Positions 1-17,284 of a DNA stretch of 64,000 nucleotides are shown piece by piece; the first letter of the stretch is position 1, and every line of letters begins with the position of its first letter. A program made the translations under genes and the position numbers. The notes below the pieces were generated by a model that worked only from the letters and a program-made list of their open reading frames with translations, was not told the origin of the DNA and ran no database searches. The stretch comes from Macrostomum hystrix (lineage: Eukaryota; Animalia; Platyhelminthes): contig CATNEN010000002.1 of the NCBI GenBank assembly GCA_950097015.1, forward strand, positions 5,704,001-5,768,000, read 5' to 3'.

Positions 1-450
1 GGGGATCTGGGATTGAGAAGATGGGGATCTGGGATTGAGAAGATGAGGATCTGGGATTGAGAAGATGAGGATCTGGGATTGAGAAGATGAGGATCTCGGA
101 TTGAGTAGATGAGGATCTGGGATTGAGTAGACGAGAACATTGGATTGAGTAGATGAGGACCTGGGATTGAGTAGATGAGGATCTGGGAATGAGTAGATGA
201 GGATCTGGATTGAGTAGATGAGGATCTGGGATTGAGTAGATGAGGATGTGGATTGAGTAGATGAGGATCTGGGAATGAGTAGATGAGGATCTGGATTGAG
301 TAGATGAGGATCTGGGATTGAGTAGATGAGGATCTGGGATTGAGTAGATGAGGATGTGGATTGAGTAGATGAGGATCTGGATTGAGTAGATGAGGATCTC
401 GGATTGAGTAGATGAGGATCTGGGATTGAGTAGATGAGGATCTCTGGATT
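1..450. repeat. 22-bp minisatellite (GATGAGGATCTGGGATTGAGTA), in a fem-1 intron, truncated by the window edge
   Basis: About 20 tandem, slightly variable copies read directly. Confidence 0.95.
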
Positions 451-650
451 TCGAAAATGAAGATATGGGGTTTTTGAAGATAGGGATGTCAGAGATTTCG
501 AAATTAATGTACTGGGGATGGCGAAGTTTGGGATCTGGGACAATGTCGTTGAGGATCAGGGATGGCAAAGAAAGGGATTAATGCTATTGATAAATATTCA
601 AAATTTCCAAAAGACCTCTCAATCTTTTGACCCAGTAGCCAAAATCTCAC

Positions 651-5139
<4,489 letters not shown>

Positions 5140-8100
5140 TCGACGAAATGAGCTACACTTTAACAGTGAGTGCAATAAAACACAAACCGCAGGATTACGG
5201 AAAGCTGTTGATAACCATTAACCGTGCAAAAATATGGTTGCTAATAGTACCACAAAAAGTAATATGGGTGTCGCTTCTGGCAGGAACAACTAGTTAAAGG
5301 TAAGGCTCGACTCAATTCATTGTTCCTAATAACTTCCAGGGCTTGACATTTTATTTCTTGTATTTACATTTTCTTAGAATAGGGTGTTTAAAGCTGTACA
5401 GCATTTTAAACAACTTTGTATAGCTTATGTGATTCGTACAGCACAAACAGCTACAAACCTTAAATCTCAGAAAAATGAATGGATTTTTGCATATTAAACT
5501 TATCACCCTTATGTATCCAGATCTGTACGCACTGTTTTTATCGCTTGGGTTCAATAGTGACAACTATCTCAAATTTTAAACTTTACGTGTTTGCCGTGTT
5601 GCAAAATGTAAAAACATAATAATACACGAAATGTTTTTCATGTTACTCTTAGTAAGCACTTCTACCTGCTAGTTAAGTTCAAAGATTTATATCTGTTTTC
5701 TTTACATCTTGCACTAATAAATGAAGGTGTAATGTACTACAATGACGATACCTTCTTATTATCGTTGTCTTATTCAAAACGATTTGTATGATCGACAATC
5801 TAACGTTTTATAATTTTACTAGCTTTTAGATTATCTCTAAATTAAGTAAGCTACGTTCAAGTTCCAATATGTACTGTAGCCATATATTCCATAATAAATG
5901 AAAATTCACTTAAATTTTGCTTAAATTAAGTAATGTCTCAGCTGAGACACACCTATTTAAATTATTTTTACTGGTAAAATTTAAAATGTATTATGATATT
6001 GTTCTTTAGCTATAAATATGTATTACAAACAGCTAGAGCTGAAACTCATATAGCTTTAACATTTATTATGCATTATTTGCCGCAATCCGAACCATGTCCA
6101 AGTTGAGTCAAATACATTTTATGTACATTTTTTTATTGTTACAAGCGCGCTTTTCTGCATTTACCAGGCCTAAAATATTGAGTATGCATGCAAGCGATTC
6201 ATCCTTATAATACGCATCTATGTAACTTTTATTTGTGCAACTTATGAAGCCCATCCTTCTTCCCGACTGTCATTGTCATTAAAGGGACCCCAAAGCGATC
6301 GGATTATTAATAATTCAAGACTAAATTCAGTCGATTCCACTCTGCGGCAGTCACCTACTATTCTGATCCCATCTATCTGTTTGGAGGGGACACAATCTTT
6401 ATGTCCTCTACTCCCCTTTCCCCCTTCCTCTATCGCTGTCCCAGCGGTGGCTATATTGGCTTCTCTCCTAGCTGTGGCTGATGTAAATGTATTTTTATCG
6501 ACCCAAACAGGCACTGTTCCAAATCCTGCCAGTGCTTCCCTCTCAATAGCAGCTGCAGGGTATTCTCGCGCTGTGTGGCAATTCTTTCATACTGAGCTGC
6601 AGGCGGACATGGCTTGTTGCTCAGGTCATCCCGGCCGCTATGGCTGGGGTGGGCCTCCAGCTGTATCGCAAGCTGCGTTAAAGCCATGACACAGCGAGCC
6701 AGATGTGAAGTCAATAATCGACTGCTCCCCAAGACGTGGCAGTGAAATTCCTGCAGCCCCATGGGGCGCTCGCTGGCAATTAACAGTGCGATTATAGAAG
6801 CTGATAGTTGCTGGGCCTATGGCTCCCACACTATCCCGCGATGCATTGCTAATCTTGTTGCTATTTCACTCTTTTTAAACAGTTTTCTTACAATGAGAAA
6901 ACACTTCAAACTGCTAGAATTAGCTTGCAGTGTTTTTGTGTTGCGATATCAGGAGTCAGCGGAATAGGCAGAATTGCATCCTCGCTGGCTGCGGGTCTAG
7001 TGTCACCAAATGATGTGCCCTTGCCCGCAGCCCTTCTGCAATTACAAATAGTTTTTAAACCGTTTCCTCCTGAGATTCGAATCCCTAGATCTCCGACTTT
7101 GTATCTGCGTTATTTGAAGTCCAGATAATCCAGATTTGATAAATCCAGAACTGCCCAAGCGTCACAGTAAAATTAAAACAAAAAGTCTATAAGAAACGGA
7201 ATAGTTTACTCGATCTGAGGAAAATCATAGCATTTATTTTTGTATAAAAAGTTTAACAGAGCTATCATTTGTGCTTCACTGTATTCAACAGGTGATGTAA
7301 TGTTGGTTTCGTCAGACAATGAACTTCCTAAATCAATTCCGGAAATAATTGTCTCGTATTAAAAGGACGTCAGTGTGGTATAAAAAAATTGGATTAGTTC
7401 TAACAAAACATGTTCAGCAGTTAGTTTTGGGCGCAATTTGAAAAAACTGATACTAATTTAATACCGTCTTTGCCAGGTCCTCATTGCGGTGGAATATGCA
7501 AGTGCTGATAAAACATTTGAGTAAATTTCCGGAGAGAAAAATAGCAGAATCAGAAATCTTATTAAATCATGAGTAAGCAGCCGTCATAGACTTGTGGTTG
7601 TGCGCCGCTGCGGCATAAGTAAAAAGAGCAAATCCATAAGAAAATAACTAACAATATAATTGCTTGGTTAGGAAAATTTTTGAATACTTTTTTTTCTTGT
7701 CGACTTTTGCTGCTCGTTAAAAAATGAAATGAAATAAAAGCTAAAAATCATCATGCTCTGTGTGCGTGCAGGTGCAGTGTACTGTGATTGCAAGTTAAAT
7801 CATATTCGCTATTCATTCCTATCTAAGAGATTTGTTGTGAGGTCGTACATTAAAGTTCATTGTGAAGTATTACAACTCTGAAAATATCAATATTATGCAG
7901 TTTGTCGAGACATCACGGACATAAAAAATTTGTACTATAGTAAGCAAATACATGCGAAATGCAAGGACCACTAGAAGTAAGAATTTCGGTGGACTACACG
8001 CACGGAGGAAAGAAAATCATTGAGTGCTGAGTGCTTCTATCCCCGAAGCCTGGAACGAACCAATTGATTTCAATTGAAACAATTCGGGGGGTAGGGAATT

Positions 8101-8624
8101 TTTGTCTATGGCATTCAACAGCCAATAGAATGGAACGGGGGGGGGACCGGATGCTAAAATGCGAAAGCGAGCAAAATAAACATAACTGAGCCAGACTAGC
8201 ATTCAATGATTATCTTTCTTCCATGACTACATGATAAGACGTTTTTTTAGTCGCCAAATAGTGCACAGGAAAATACTGCACTTTCTTAACCAAGACAATA
8301 GGCTTTATAGACGGGAATCCACATCCAAAAATAGACGACTTTAACTACTCTAGCTCGTATTCTTCTAGTGGTCCTTGGCGCACAGGTCGACCAATGCTGT
8401 CTATGGTGAAACCATTGCCAACGCACAGTGTCGGTGAAAATTCGGTTAAATCAACTGCTTTGATCGGGATTCGTAGTGCTTGAACTTATCAAATATTCTG
8501 GGAAGCCATTATCAAATAATTGTAGTCTTATTAACCTGCAATCATCAGATTAAATCTCTACCCGAATTTGGCTAATTTGACTCGAAAGGTTCCGAAAATA
8601 AATCTTTTCAATTCATACTTTTCG

Positions 8625-9965
8625 TTAGGTTTGAACAGCCGAAAACCTCGAATGCAACTGTTGCATCTGATGCTGCTGCTGCTGCTGCTGCTGATGCTGA
8701 TGGTTGTACGGCATTCGTGGCAATGTTGTACTGTTTGACGCTGCACTTACGTTGTCTGCGCCCCCATGGTGATTGCCCAACAAGCCAGCCCCTGCCACCG
8801 ATCTCACGAGAGTGGCCTGACGCGACAGAAGCAGCGGCGAGTTGGCATTGTTCGATAGCAGCTGCTGGAAGGCCGCCACTCCTTCCTCGTGATCTACGGC
8901 GTTGACGGCATTGCTGGTATCCGCGGCGGCCGCCGCTGCAGCCGCCGTGGCCTCTTCTTCGTCCTCCGCGCTGCCCTGAATGACGGCCATGTGCCAGAGC
9001 CGAAGGAACTGGCAGGGCGCCAGAGCTCCGATTGTGGCGATGTTGAGCAGGGCAGAGAAGTACACCACCGCAGATTTGATGATGTAGCCGTAGTACAGCT
9101 TGCGAGTGCTTTGGGTGCCGACCACTTTGTCCAGCTCGACGCTCTCGGTGTAGGCTGCTGCGCAGGAGCTGAGCAAGGTGAAGGCGATGAGCAGCAGGCA
9201 GGCGATGGTGCTGGCCTGGTGCAGCATGAGCTTCAGATTCAGCACCATCGCCAGGCCCAGACCGAGTCCCAGCAGGCCCATGTGCAGTCCGCCAGCGTAG
9301 TTGGTCTTGTGCGTCACAGACAGCAGTACACCGGAGGCGAAGGCGCTCAGGCTGGCGATGGAAGTGGCGATGACGGCTCCGGTGCAGACGACAACCGGCG
9401 GGCGGAACTGGTGGAAGCGGCAGACAGCGTAGTCTCTGTAGCGGTACAGCCTTCTGGTCAGTGAAACGCAGAGGCAGATTGAGCACACGGTGTTGATGAA
9501 GTTCATCAGCATCTTGGCGAAGTTGTCGATTGACTGTTTGGCGTCGTTCCAGGCGTCTTTGGTGTCCAGAGCACCGAACGTCAGGCAGATGGCAGACAGA
9601 ATCGCCTGGCCCGATGACAGCAGCAGCGCGGCGATGACCACCTGCCTGCGGATCCGAATGCTGGCCACAATGAAGCCAAGAAGACCGACAAGGATGGACA
9701 GCACGCCGCACAGAAACTGCAGCACGATGAAGAAAACGGTGAATCTGGTGAGTTGGCCGGCGCCGTTTCCAGCACCTCCAGTCAGCAACAGCACGCTGTC
9801 AGCCTTTCTGTCCGCCAGCCTGGGCAGCTGGCCGATGTTCATCGAGTTCAACACTGAGCCGCTGGCCAGAATGGAGCCGGAGCTCAGGAGGCTGGGCAGG
9901 TCCAGAAACTGGCCGGGAAACACCGCCGCCGCAGCCGCAGCCGCAGCCGCCACCTGAGCAGACAT
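8625..9965 (-). CDS. Intronless multi-pass membrane protein (~7 hydrophobic segments; C-terminal half loosely MS4A/CD20-like), with poly-Ala and poly-Gln tracts
   Basis: Long GC-rich ORF. The track start at 9977 is GTG and the first ATG is at 9965. Hydrophobic helices include FIVLQFLCGVLSILVGLLGFIV and STIACLLLIAFTLLSSCAAAY. An upstream exon cannot be excluded. Confidence 0.75.
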   Translation of the reverse strand: MSAQVAAAAAAAAAVFPGQFLDLPSLLSSGSILASGSVLNSMNIGQLPRLADRKADSVLLLTGGAGNGAGQLTRFTVFFIVLQFLCGVLSILVGLLGFIVASIRIRRQVVIAALLLSSGQAILSAICLTFGALDTKDAWNDAKQSIDNFAKMLMNFINTVCSICLCVSLTRRLYRYRDYAVCRFHQFRPPVVVCTGAVIATSIASLSAFASGVLLSVTHKTNYAGGLHMGLLGLGLGLAMVLNLKLMLHQASTIACLLLIAFTLLSSCAAAYTESVELDKVVGTQSTRKLYYGYIIKSAVVYFSALLNIATIGALAPCQFLRLWHMAVIQGSAEDEEEATAAAAAAAADTSNAVNAVDHEEGVAAFQQLLSNNANSPLLLSRQATLVRSVAGAGLLGNHHGGADNVSAASNSTTLPRMPYNHQHQQQQQQQHQMQQLHSRFSAVQT

Positions 9966-10847
9966 CTGTCTGAGCACTGGGATCTCTGTGAAGCTTCAAA
10001 TATCCCTGCACGCAGCAAGTTGGGACTCCATGTTAAAGCCCCCGAAGCCTGTCGGCCATTGCTCAGTTCCAAGCCGGCGGTGGCCTATACTCTGGTTTCT
10101 AAACAGCGCTCAGAACTCAGAAAGCCTGCGGTTGGTGGTGCTCCACTTTGGCAGTAGCTGAAAAAAGCAAAAAAGCCGGTGACTGGGAGATTGAGAGAGA
10201 GAGAGTGATGTGGGAAGAGACAGGAGAGCAGAGTAGGCCCTGTCTGATTGGAGGGGCCAGAGCTTGCAGGACTGTAGCGGGCTGGTGGGGGGGAGGGACA
10301 GACTAGGAAGTCAGGCATGATGGGAGGTACGTTGATCAGGGGGCAGCTTTGCTATAACTGGTACGCTGCGGAATTCGGCCGGGGATGAAGGCTCAGTTTT
10401 TTCCCCGGCATTCTGCGGGAACAGAAAAGAGAGGAAATAAATTAAAATATATTTATACATACATTGTGGGGGTAGCGCTTGACTGGAGACACTGCCCTTC
10501 TCTTCCCACTGCGCTAACTTGATACCCGTGACAGCAATAAACTTATACAATAACCGTGAAAGCATAATATGAGATGTGCTGTTATAACTTTGGGATATTT
10601 CTATGGGATATCTCATTGATAACCCATTGCTCTTAAATTTTATTACCCTGGCAGAGCTCTTAAGTCGTCTCAATGGTTTGCTTGGCAATAGAATTGGACA
10701 TAAACTATACTGCGTGAACAAAGTGCTAAACATCTGCTGGCCTCAGCCTCAGACACGCACACAAACACATACAGACCATTGAACATCTACCTGATTTTTG
10801 ACAAATTATTTCATAGAAGTACTATATTCTGTCCATTCCGTTTATCA

Positions 10848-11590
10848 CTAAGGGGGTTGTAGCCTAAGGGGTTGTAGCCAAGGGGGTTGTAGCCCAGGGG
10901 GTTGTAGCCTAGAGGGTTGTAGCCAGTAGTGTGGTAGCCAAGGGGATTGTTGCCTACGGGGTTGTTCCCTAGGGGGTTGTAGCCAAGGGGGTTGTATCCT
11001 CGCGGGGGTTGTAGCCAAGGGGGTTGTATCCTCGCGGGGGGGTTGTAGCCAAGGGGGTTGTATCCTCGGTGGGTTGTAGCCAAGTGGTTTGTAGCCTAGG
11101 GGGTTGTATCCTCGGGGGGTTGTAGCCAAGGGGTTTGTAGCCTAGGAAGTTGTAGCCAAGGGGTTGTAGCCTAGAGGGTTGTAGCCAGTGGGGTGGTAGC
11201 TAACGGGGTTGGAGACAAAGGGGTTTAGCGAGAGCGGTTTTAGTTAAGGGGTGCGAGTACGAGTAGCTTAGTGGGTTGTACCCGAAAGGGCTTAGCTAAA
11301 AGGGTTTAGCAAAGGGCCTTGTAGCCTAGGGGGTTGTAGCCAAGGGGGTTGTAGCCAAGGGGGTTGTAGCCAAGGGGGTTGTAGCCAAGGGGGTTGTAGC
11401 CTTGGGGGTTGTAGCCAAGGGGGTTGTAGCCTTGGGGGTTGTAGCCAAGGGGGTTGTAGCCTTGGGGGTTGTAGCCAAGCGGGTTGTAGCCTTGGGGGTT
11501 GTAGCCAAGGGGGTTGTAGCCTTGGGGGTTGTTGCCAAGGGGGTTGTAGCCTTGGGGGTTGTAGCCAAGGGGGTTGTAGCCTTGTAGCTA
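10848..11590. repeat. G-rich 15/18-bp minisatellite (GGGGGTTGTAGCCAA / GGGGGTTGTAGCCTT)
   Basis: Tandem copies with an interrupted central part. Regular G-runs suggest G-quadruplex potential. Confidence 0.95.
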
Positions 11591-11760
11591 GTGCGACGAA
11601 CTAGAAGTACGGGGGTTCGATTCTTGACTTCACTGCAACAATTTTCGTCCTTAAGCACGAGCTTTAATCCCTTAGAATACCAGCATGAGATGGGATAATT
11701 GAGGGTGGGTTAGGCGTTTCCTTGTCCATGGACTGAACTGCCGTACGCAGCCGTTCAGAT
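11590..11760 (+). mobile_element. tRNA-derived SINE copy whose 5' end merges into the preceding array
   Basis: B-box GGTTCGATTC, then TCCTTAAGC, GGGATAATTGAGGG and GTCCATGGACTGAAC, motifs shared with SINE copies at 22381-22545, 25520-25807 and 21716-21745. Confidence 0.65.
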
Positions 11761-12134
11761 GCGACGCGCAATGCTGCGGCTGTGCTGTCGACATTATTGC
11801 ACACACATTGTACAAATAGGCACAAACTAATGACTATGGTCAAAGGGTTCAAGGACCTCAGGGACATTAGTGCATGGGTTGGCTCTGTCAATACGGCTCC
11901 GAAAAATTTCCCTCACTCCAAAGAATCCCCATGGGACTAAAAGTTTCCAATTCCATCGTGCTGGCAGAACTTCAAAGCCGGAACTTAAGGCCTTTTTTCT
12001 AATCTTATCTTTTTAATCAGCAAAAGAAAAACGAAGGATAACTTTTCCAAACCAATGGCCGACCGAATTCCTATAGAATTCGAGGCGAGTCAAGGAATTA
12101 TCCCAATTCGTTGGATCTATTTTTTTTATTTAGA

Positions 12135-13061
12135 AGGTTATCCCACCCAGCTCTCATGGGAGCATGTTATCCCACTCTCATGGGAGCAGGTTATCCCACT
12201 CTAATGGGAGCAGGTTATCCCACTCTAATGGGAGCAGGTTATCCCACTCTAATGGGAGCAGGTTATCCCACTCTCATGGAAGCAGGTTATCCCACTCTCA
12301 TGGAAGCAGGTTATCCCACTCTCATGGGAGCAGGTTTTCCCATTCTAATGGAAGTAGGTTTTCCCATTCTAATGGGAGCAGGTTATCCCACTCTCATGGG
12401 AGCAGGTTATCGCACTCTCATGGAAGCAGGTTATCCCACTCTCATGGGAGCAGGTTATCCCACTCTCATGGGAGCAGGTTATCCCACTCTCATGGGAGCA
12501 GGTTTTCCCATTCTAATGGAAGTAGGTTTTCCCATTCTAATGGGAGCAGGTTATCCCACTCTAATGGGAGCAGGTTATCCCACTCTAATGGGAGCAGGTT
12601 ATCCCACTCTAATGGGAGCAGGTTATCCCACTCTAATGGGAGCAGGTTATCCCATTCTAATGGAAGTAGGTTTTCCCACTCTCATGGGAGCAGGTTATCC
12701 CATTCTAATGGAAGTAGGTTTTCCCATTCTAATGGGAGCAGGTTATCCCATTCTAATAGAAGTAGGTTTTCCCATTCTAATGGGAGCAGGTTATCCCACT
12801 CTAATGGGAGCAGGTTATCCCATTCTAATGGGAGCAGGTTATCCCACTCTAATGGGAGCAGGTTATCCCATTCTAATGGGAGCAGGTTATCCCACTCTCA
12901 TGGGAGCAGGTTATCCCACTCTAATGGGAGCAGGTTATCCCATTCTAATGGGAGCAGGTTATCCCACTCTCATGGGAGCAGGTTATCCCATTCTAATGGA
13001 AGTAGGTTTTCTCATTCTAATGGGAGCAGGTTATCCCACTCTCATGGGAGCAGGTTATCCC
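12135..13061. repeat. 24-bp minisatellite array 1 (ATGGGAGCAGGTTATCCCACTCTA)
   Basis: About 38 copies. Produces the spurious MGAGYPTL ORFs. Confidence 0.97.
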
Positions 13062-14087
13062 GGCTTTGGACTGACATCGTTGAGAATTCATTAGGAATAG
13101 GATTTATTGCGTTCATCATTGGGGATCTGGAATTTAGATTTTGAGATAGAATTTTCATCATAGTGAAGTTTTATTGAGATATTTTGTATTCTTTTACGTA
13201 TCCAAATCCCATTCTCTTTGTTTATCTATTTCCGTTCTGGTTTTGGCCTGAAAGTGACGCAGTGAATTCAACTTATTGCAATTTCGACAAACTGGCATTA
13301 AATTTAAAGTCGGGATTTCGGGGTTGTCAGTTGAAACTGCCCAAAAGTATGGTCCCAAGAGATGGGAGAATTCTCCTAAAATATGCAATAGCCAGTACAG
13401 CTGAACCCACGCCGTGGGTGTAATAATATTCTTCCCCATTTTTGGAAAACTATGGAACCGCCACCCTCAGCATCTCGATAATCTGAGCCTATAGGATTTA
13501 GTTATGGAGGCCTAGGGGATATTATGGATTATCGTCATTGTGAGCGCGCCATCTATTATTAGTTATTTATTAATGCTCTCTTATAGTGCACGCACTGCAT
13601 TAAACCTTTGGCGAACTTCAGATTCGCAATCCGATTTAGAAGAGGGAGAAGATTTCCTGTTTCCTTGAAAAAGTACACACAATGACCCTCCCCCCGAATG
13701 CAGCTTTCACTCTCCCTTTCTCGCTTTCCTAAAACCACAGTCTCAATCTTCTCGCATCCTCATCTGTCCGTTCCCGGCCTCTCTGCATTCGTAGAATTTG
13801 GCTCCGGGCTCAGGCACAACCGCTGCTCTTTCGCTTTCTCAGTCCGCATGTCTCAGCGAAGCGAATTCGCAAGTGAAAATGGAATAGATTTATAATTAAA
13901 GAGGCTGGGATGAATTTTTAAGGGGCTTGTTGACTGCGATATAATTCACGCCGAAATCTGAATCCCAATGCAAATTAGAATTGATTAGAAATCTGACACA
14001 CTTTTGAATTATCGATTACTCACCTCAACATTTTATCATTCATTGATCTAAATTCGCATGATTAGCTAAGTCTAGCTTTTTGGTCTG

Positions 14088-14911
14088 TCATGGGAGCAGG
14101 TAATCCCCCTCTAATGGGAGCAGGTTATCCCACTCTAATGGGAGCAGGTTATCCCACTCTAATGGGAGCAGGTTATCCCACTCTAATGGGAGCAGGTTAT
14201 CCCACTCTAATGGAAGCAGGTTATCCCAATCTAATGGGAGCAGGTTATGCCAATCTAATGGGAGCAGGTTATCATCCCATTCTAATGGGAGCAGATTATC
14301 CCACTCTAATGGGAGCAGGTTATCCCACTCTAATGGAAGCAGGTTATCCCCCTCTAATGGGAGCAGGTTATCCCATTCTAATGGGAGCAGGTTATGCCAC
14401 TCTAATGGGAGCAGGTTATCCCAATCTAATGGGAGCAGGTTATTCCAATCTAATGGAAGCAGGTTATCCCCCTCTAATGCGAGCAGGTTATCCCACTCTA
14501 ATGGGAGCAGGTTATCCCACTCTAATGGAAGCAGGTTATCCCAATCTAATGGGAGCAGGTTATCATCCCATTCTAATGGGAGCAGATTATCCCACTCTAA
14601 TGGAAGCAGGTTATCCCAATCTAATGGGAGCAGGTTATCATCCCATTCTAATGGGAGCAGGTTATCCCACTCTAATGGGAGCAGATTATCCCACTCTAAT
14701 GGGAGCAGGTTATGCCACTCTAATGGGAGCAGGTTATGCCACTCTAATGGGAGCAGGTTATCCCACTCTAATGGGAGCAGGTTATTCCAATCTAATGGGA
14801 GCAGGTTATCCCACTCTAATGAGAGCAGGTTATCCCACTTTAATGGGAGCAGGTTATCCCACTTTAATGGGAGCAGGTTATGCCACTCTAATGGGAGCAG
14901 GTTATCCCACT
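14088..14911. repeat. 24-bp minisatellite array 2, same family as 12135-13061
   Basis: Same unit with different diagnostic variants. Bracketed by direct repeat TGGTCTGTCATGGGAG at 14081-14096 and 14913-14928. Confidence 0.97.
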
Positions 14912-16214
14912 GTGGTCTGTCATGGGAGTTTCTTATTCCAATTTGTTTTACATGAAGTGAAATAAGAAATTGGTCACTATAAAATTGTCAGATCATTGTC
15001 AAGCGTTTGCGATTTGTTATTTTACTGCGTTATCTCATGATACGCATTATACACGTGTACATAAGTCAGAAGGTCACGAAAAAATATATTTCTATTCTTT
15101 TAATTAGCGCTCATTAACTGCTTTGCAATTTGATGCAATATGATTGGTGTCGATTTTATCCCTGTGTCTCCGCATCCTCCCACTCGCCAGCGCGGTTGCC
15201 CATCGGAATGTTTAGCGTGACTAATGGGACCAGCCCATTATTTACCTGGTGTCTGCTAAACCGTCACACCTCTTACCCATCCATAAGAAGGATTTACCGC
15301 GTATTTAGTTATAACTTTCAGCTTAACCCGTTTCTCCCCGCCCTCCCCCCGTGGAGCCTCGTGGAGGTTCGCGCTGGTTTTGTGCTCATGCTGAGTAGAG
15401 GCCCAGCATGAGATCTCTCGGGTTGCCCGGAGCAGCCTCAAGATTTCAGCTGAAAGTCTCTCTGCCTCTCTACCCCACCCTACACTCCCTGCTGCACGCT
15501 CGGTATTCATCAGACTCAGCCATCCGAAACAACTCATTTGCTTTCATAGTATGACTCGAGCCAGGGCACACACAAACACACACACACACAGCCTTCAGAG
15601 CCTGGCAACAAGGCTGTAATGGCACTGGTTTGAGGATTAGCAGAACACTGGCCAAGTTCTTTGACTTGAAAAATCCTTCCCTAAGCCCATCTCTCGGGAG
15701 GCCTCCTTCGTCCCACAGCTTGCCCGCACGCCCATTACATGTTCCCAGATGCTTCCGTCATCAAGTCAGAGTCTCCATCTTCTCTGCCCTAGTTGCCACC
15801 CGCGAGGCAATTTCCGCTTGGCCAATATACTCGCTGCCTAGAACTCTCTCTCCAGATGCCCGTGTGTCTCTCTGCACTCCCCGGTCCACTCCTGACGGCT
15901 GCCCCACCTCTCAACAAGCTCTCATGCGGCCCAGATCTCCCAACTTTCATCACTCTCTAACTTTCACTCGCACTACTCGGGCCCTCTTTCTCTACGAGCA
16001 TATCGACTGACGCATTCAAAGAGCTGGCGGCATTCTCTTTAGAAATTCTCTACAAACTTTCATGACGCTTATTTTCAAAGTCTTTCGTTTTTCTTTTTGA
16101 AACAACAGGTAAATTGGGCATGGTCACGAGGAGCGACGCTGGCTTGCGTTTCTTTTTTGTTTGACTGTACTTTTTCACTGGCTGCAATTAAGTTCTCATT
16201 TTCTCATATTTTTA

Positions 16215-16940
16215 TCTAATCTTGCCGTCTTCTGATTGGTCTGTCACTTCACCACTGCAAGCATGATTCTCTCACCCCATGTGGCATACTATTCCCCGTC
16301 TTAAATTCTAACCTCTCTTCTCTTGCCGCCTTCTGATTGGTCTGTCACTTCAACCTGAAAGCATGATTCTCTCACCCATGAGGCACCCCTCTAGCCGATC
16401 TTAAATTATAACATCTCTTTTCTCGCCGCCTTCTGATTGGTCTGTCACTTCACCCTGCAAGCTTGATTCTCACACCCCATGTGGCATACTATTCCCCACC
16501 TTAAATTCTAACCTCTCTTCTCTTGCCGCCTTCTGATTGGTCTGTCACTTCAACCTGAAAGCATGATTCTCTCACCCATGAGGCACCCCTCTAGCCGATC
16601 TTAAATTATAACATCTCTTTTCTCGCCGCCTTCTGATTGGTCTGTCACTTCACCCTGCAAGCTTGATTCTCACACCCCATGTGGCATACTATTCCCCACC
16701 TTAAATTCTAACCTCTCTTCTCTTGCCGCCTTCTGATTGGTCTGTCACTTCAACCTGAAAGCATGATTCTCTCACCCATGAGGCACCCCTCTAGCCGATC
16801 TTAAATTATAACATCTCTTTTCTCGCCGCCTTCTGATTGGTCTGTCACTTCAATCTAAAAGCATGATTCTCTCACCCATGTGGCACACTCCACCACATCT
16901 TCAATTTTAATCTCTCTTTTCTCGCCGCCTTCTGATTCTT
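16215..16940. repeat. 100-bp tandem repeat with alternating A/B units (200-bp dimer), one reverse CCAAT box per unit
   Basis: CTGATTGG at 16232, 16333, 16433, 16533, 16633, 16733 and 16833. Unit variants alternate. Confidence 0.93.
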
Positions 16941-17284
16941 TCAGTTTATTTATAATTATTCATGTACTAATTAATTGAATTTTATTAATACCTAGCCAGT
17001 ATAGGTAACATTATTATCTGCGTACTGCTTGAGACTTTTAGCGAGAACATCTAGCTGTTTATGGAAGAAATATTGCAGTAAAAATATTACTCTCATATTA
17101 CTACTTATAAGTAGTGCCGCTATAGAACATTGGTTTATAATGTTATGAAGCAAACTCAATGAATAATTTGGGTAGATTATATAACAGACTGTTTGTTGGC
17201 AAATTCGTGTACTTTGTGTAAAATCGGCCTAAATTTTTTAAAACTTCAGAAATCAGAGACCACCGCTAGAAATACAGCTGAAAA

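Noticed and set aside
6242-7100. Moderately GC-rich region with several short ORFs
   Set aside because: Frequent stops in all frames and no recognisable motif. It may be a decayed element and is left uncalled pending BLASTx.
11664-11891. 75-aa ORF with a signal-peptide-like stretch upstream of the membrane gene
   Set aside because: It overlaps the antisense strand of a SINE copy, and no in-phase donor was identified.
12111-14965. MGAGYPTL and SHSNGSRL repeat ORFs; also a CRISPR-like hairpin appearance
   Set aside because: Translations of the 24-bp satellite. There are no unique spacers or cas genes, and the context is eukaryotic.
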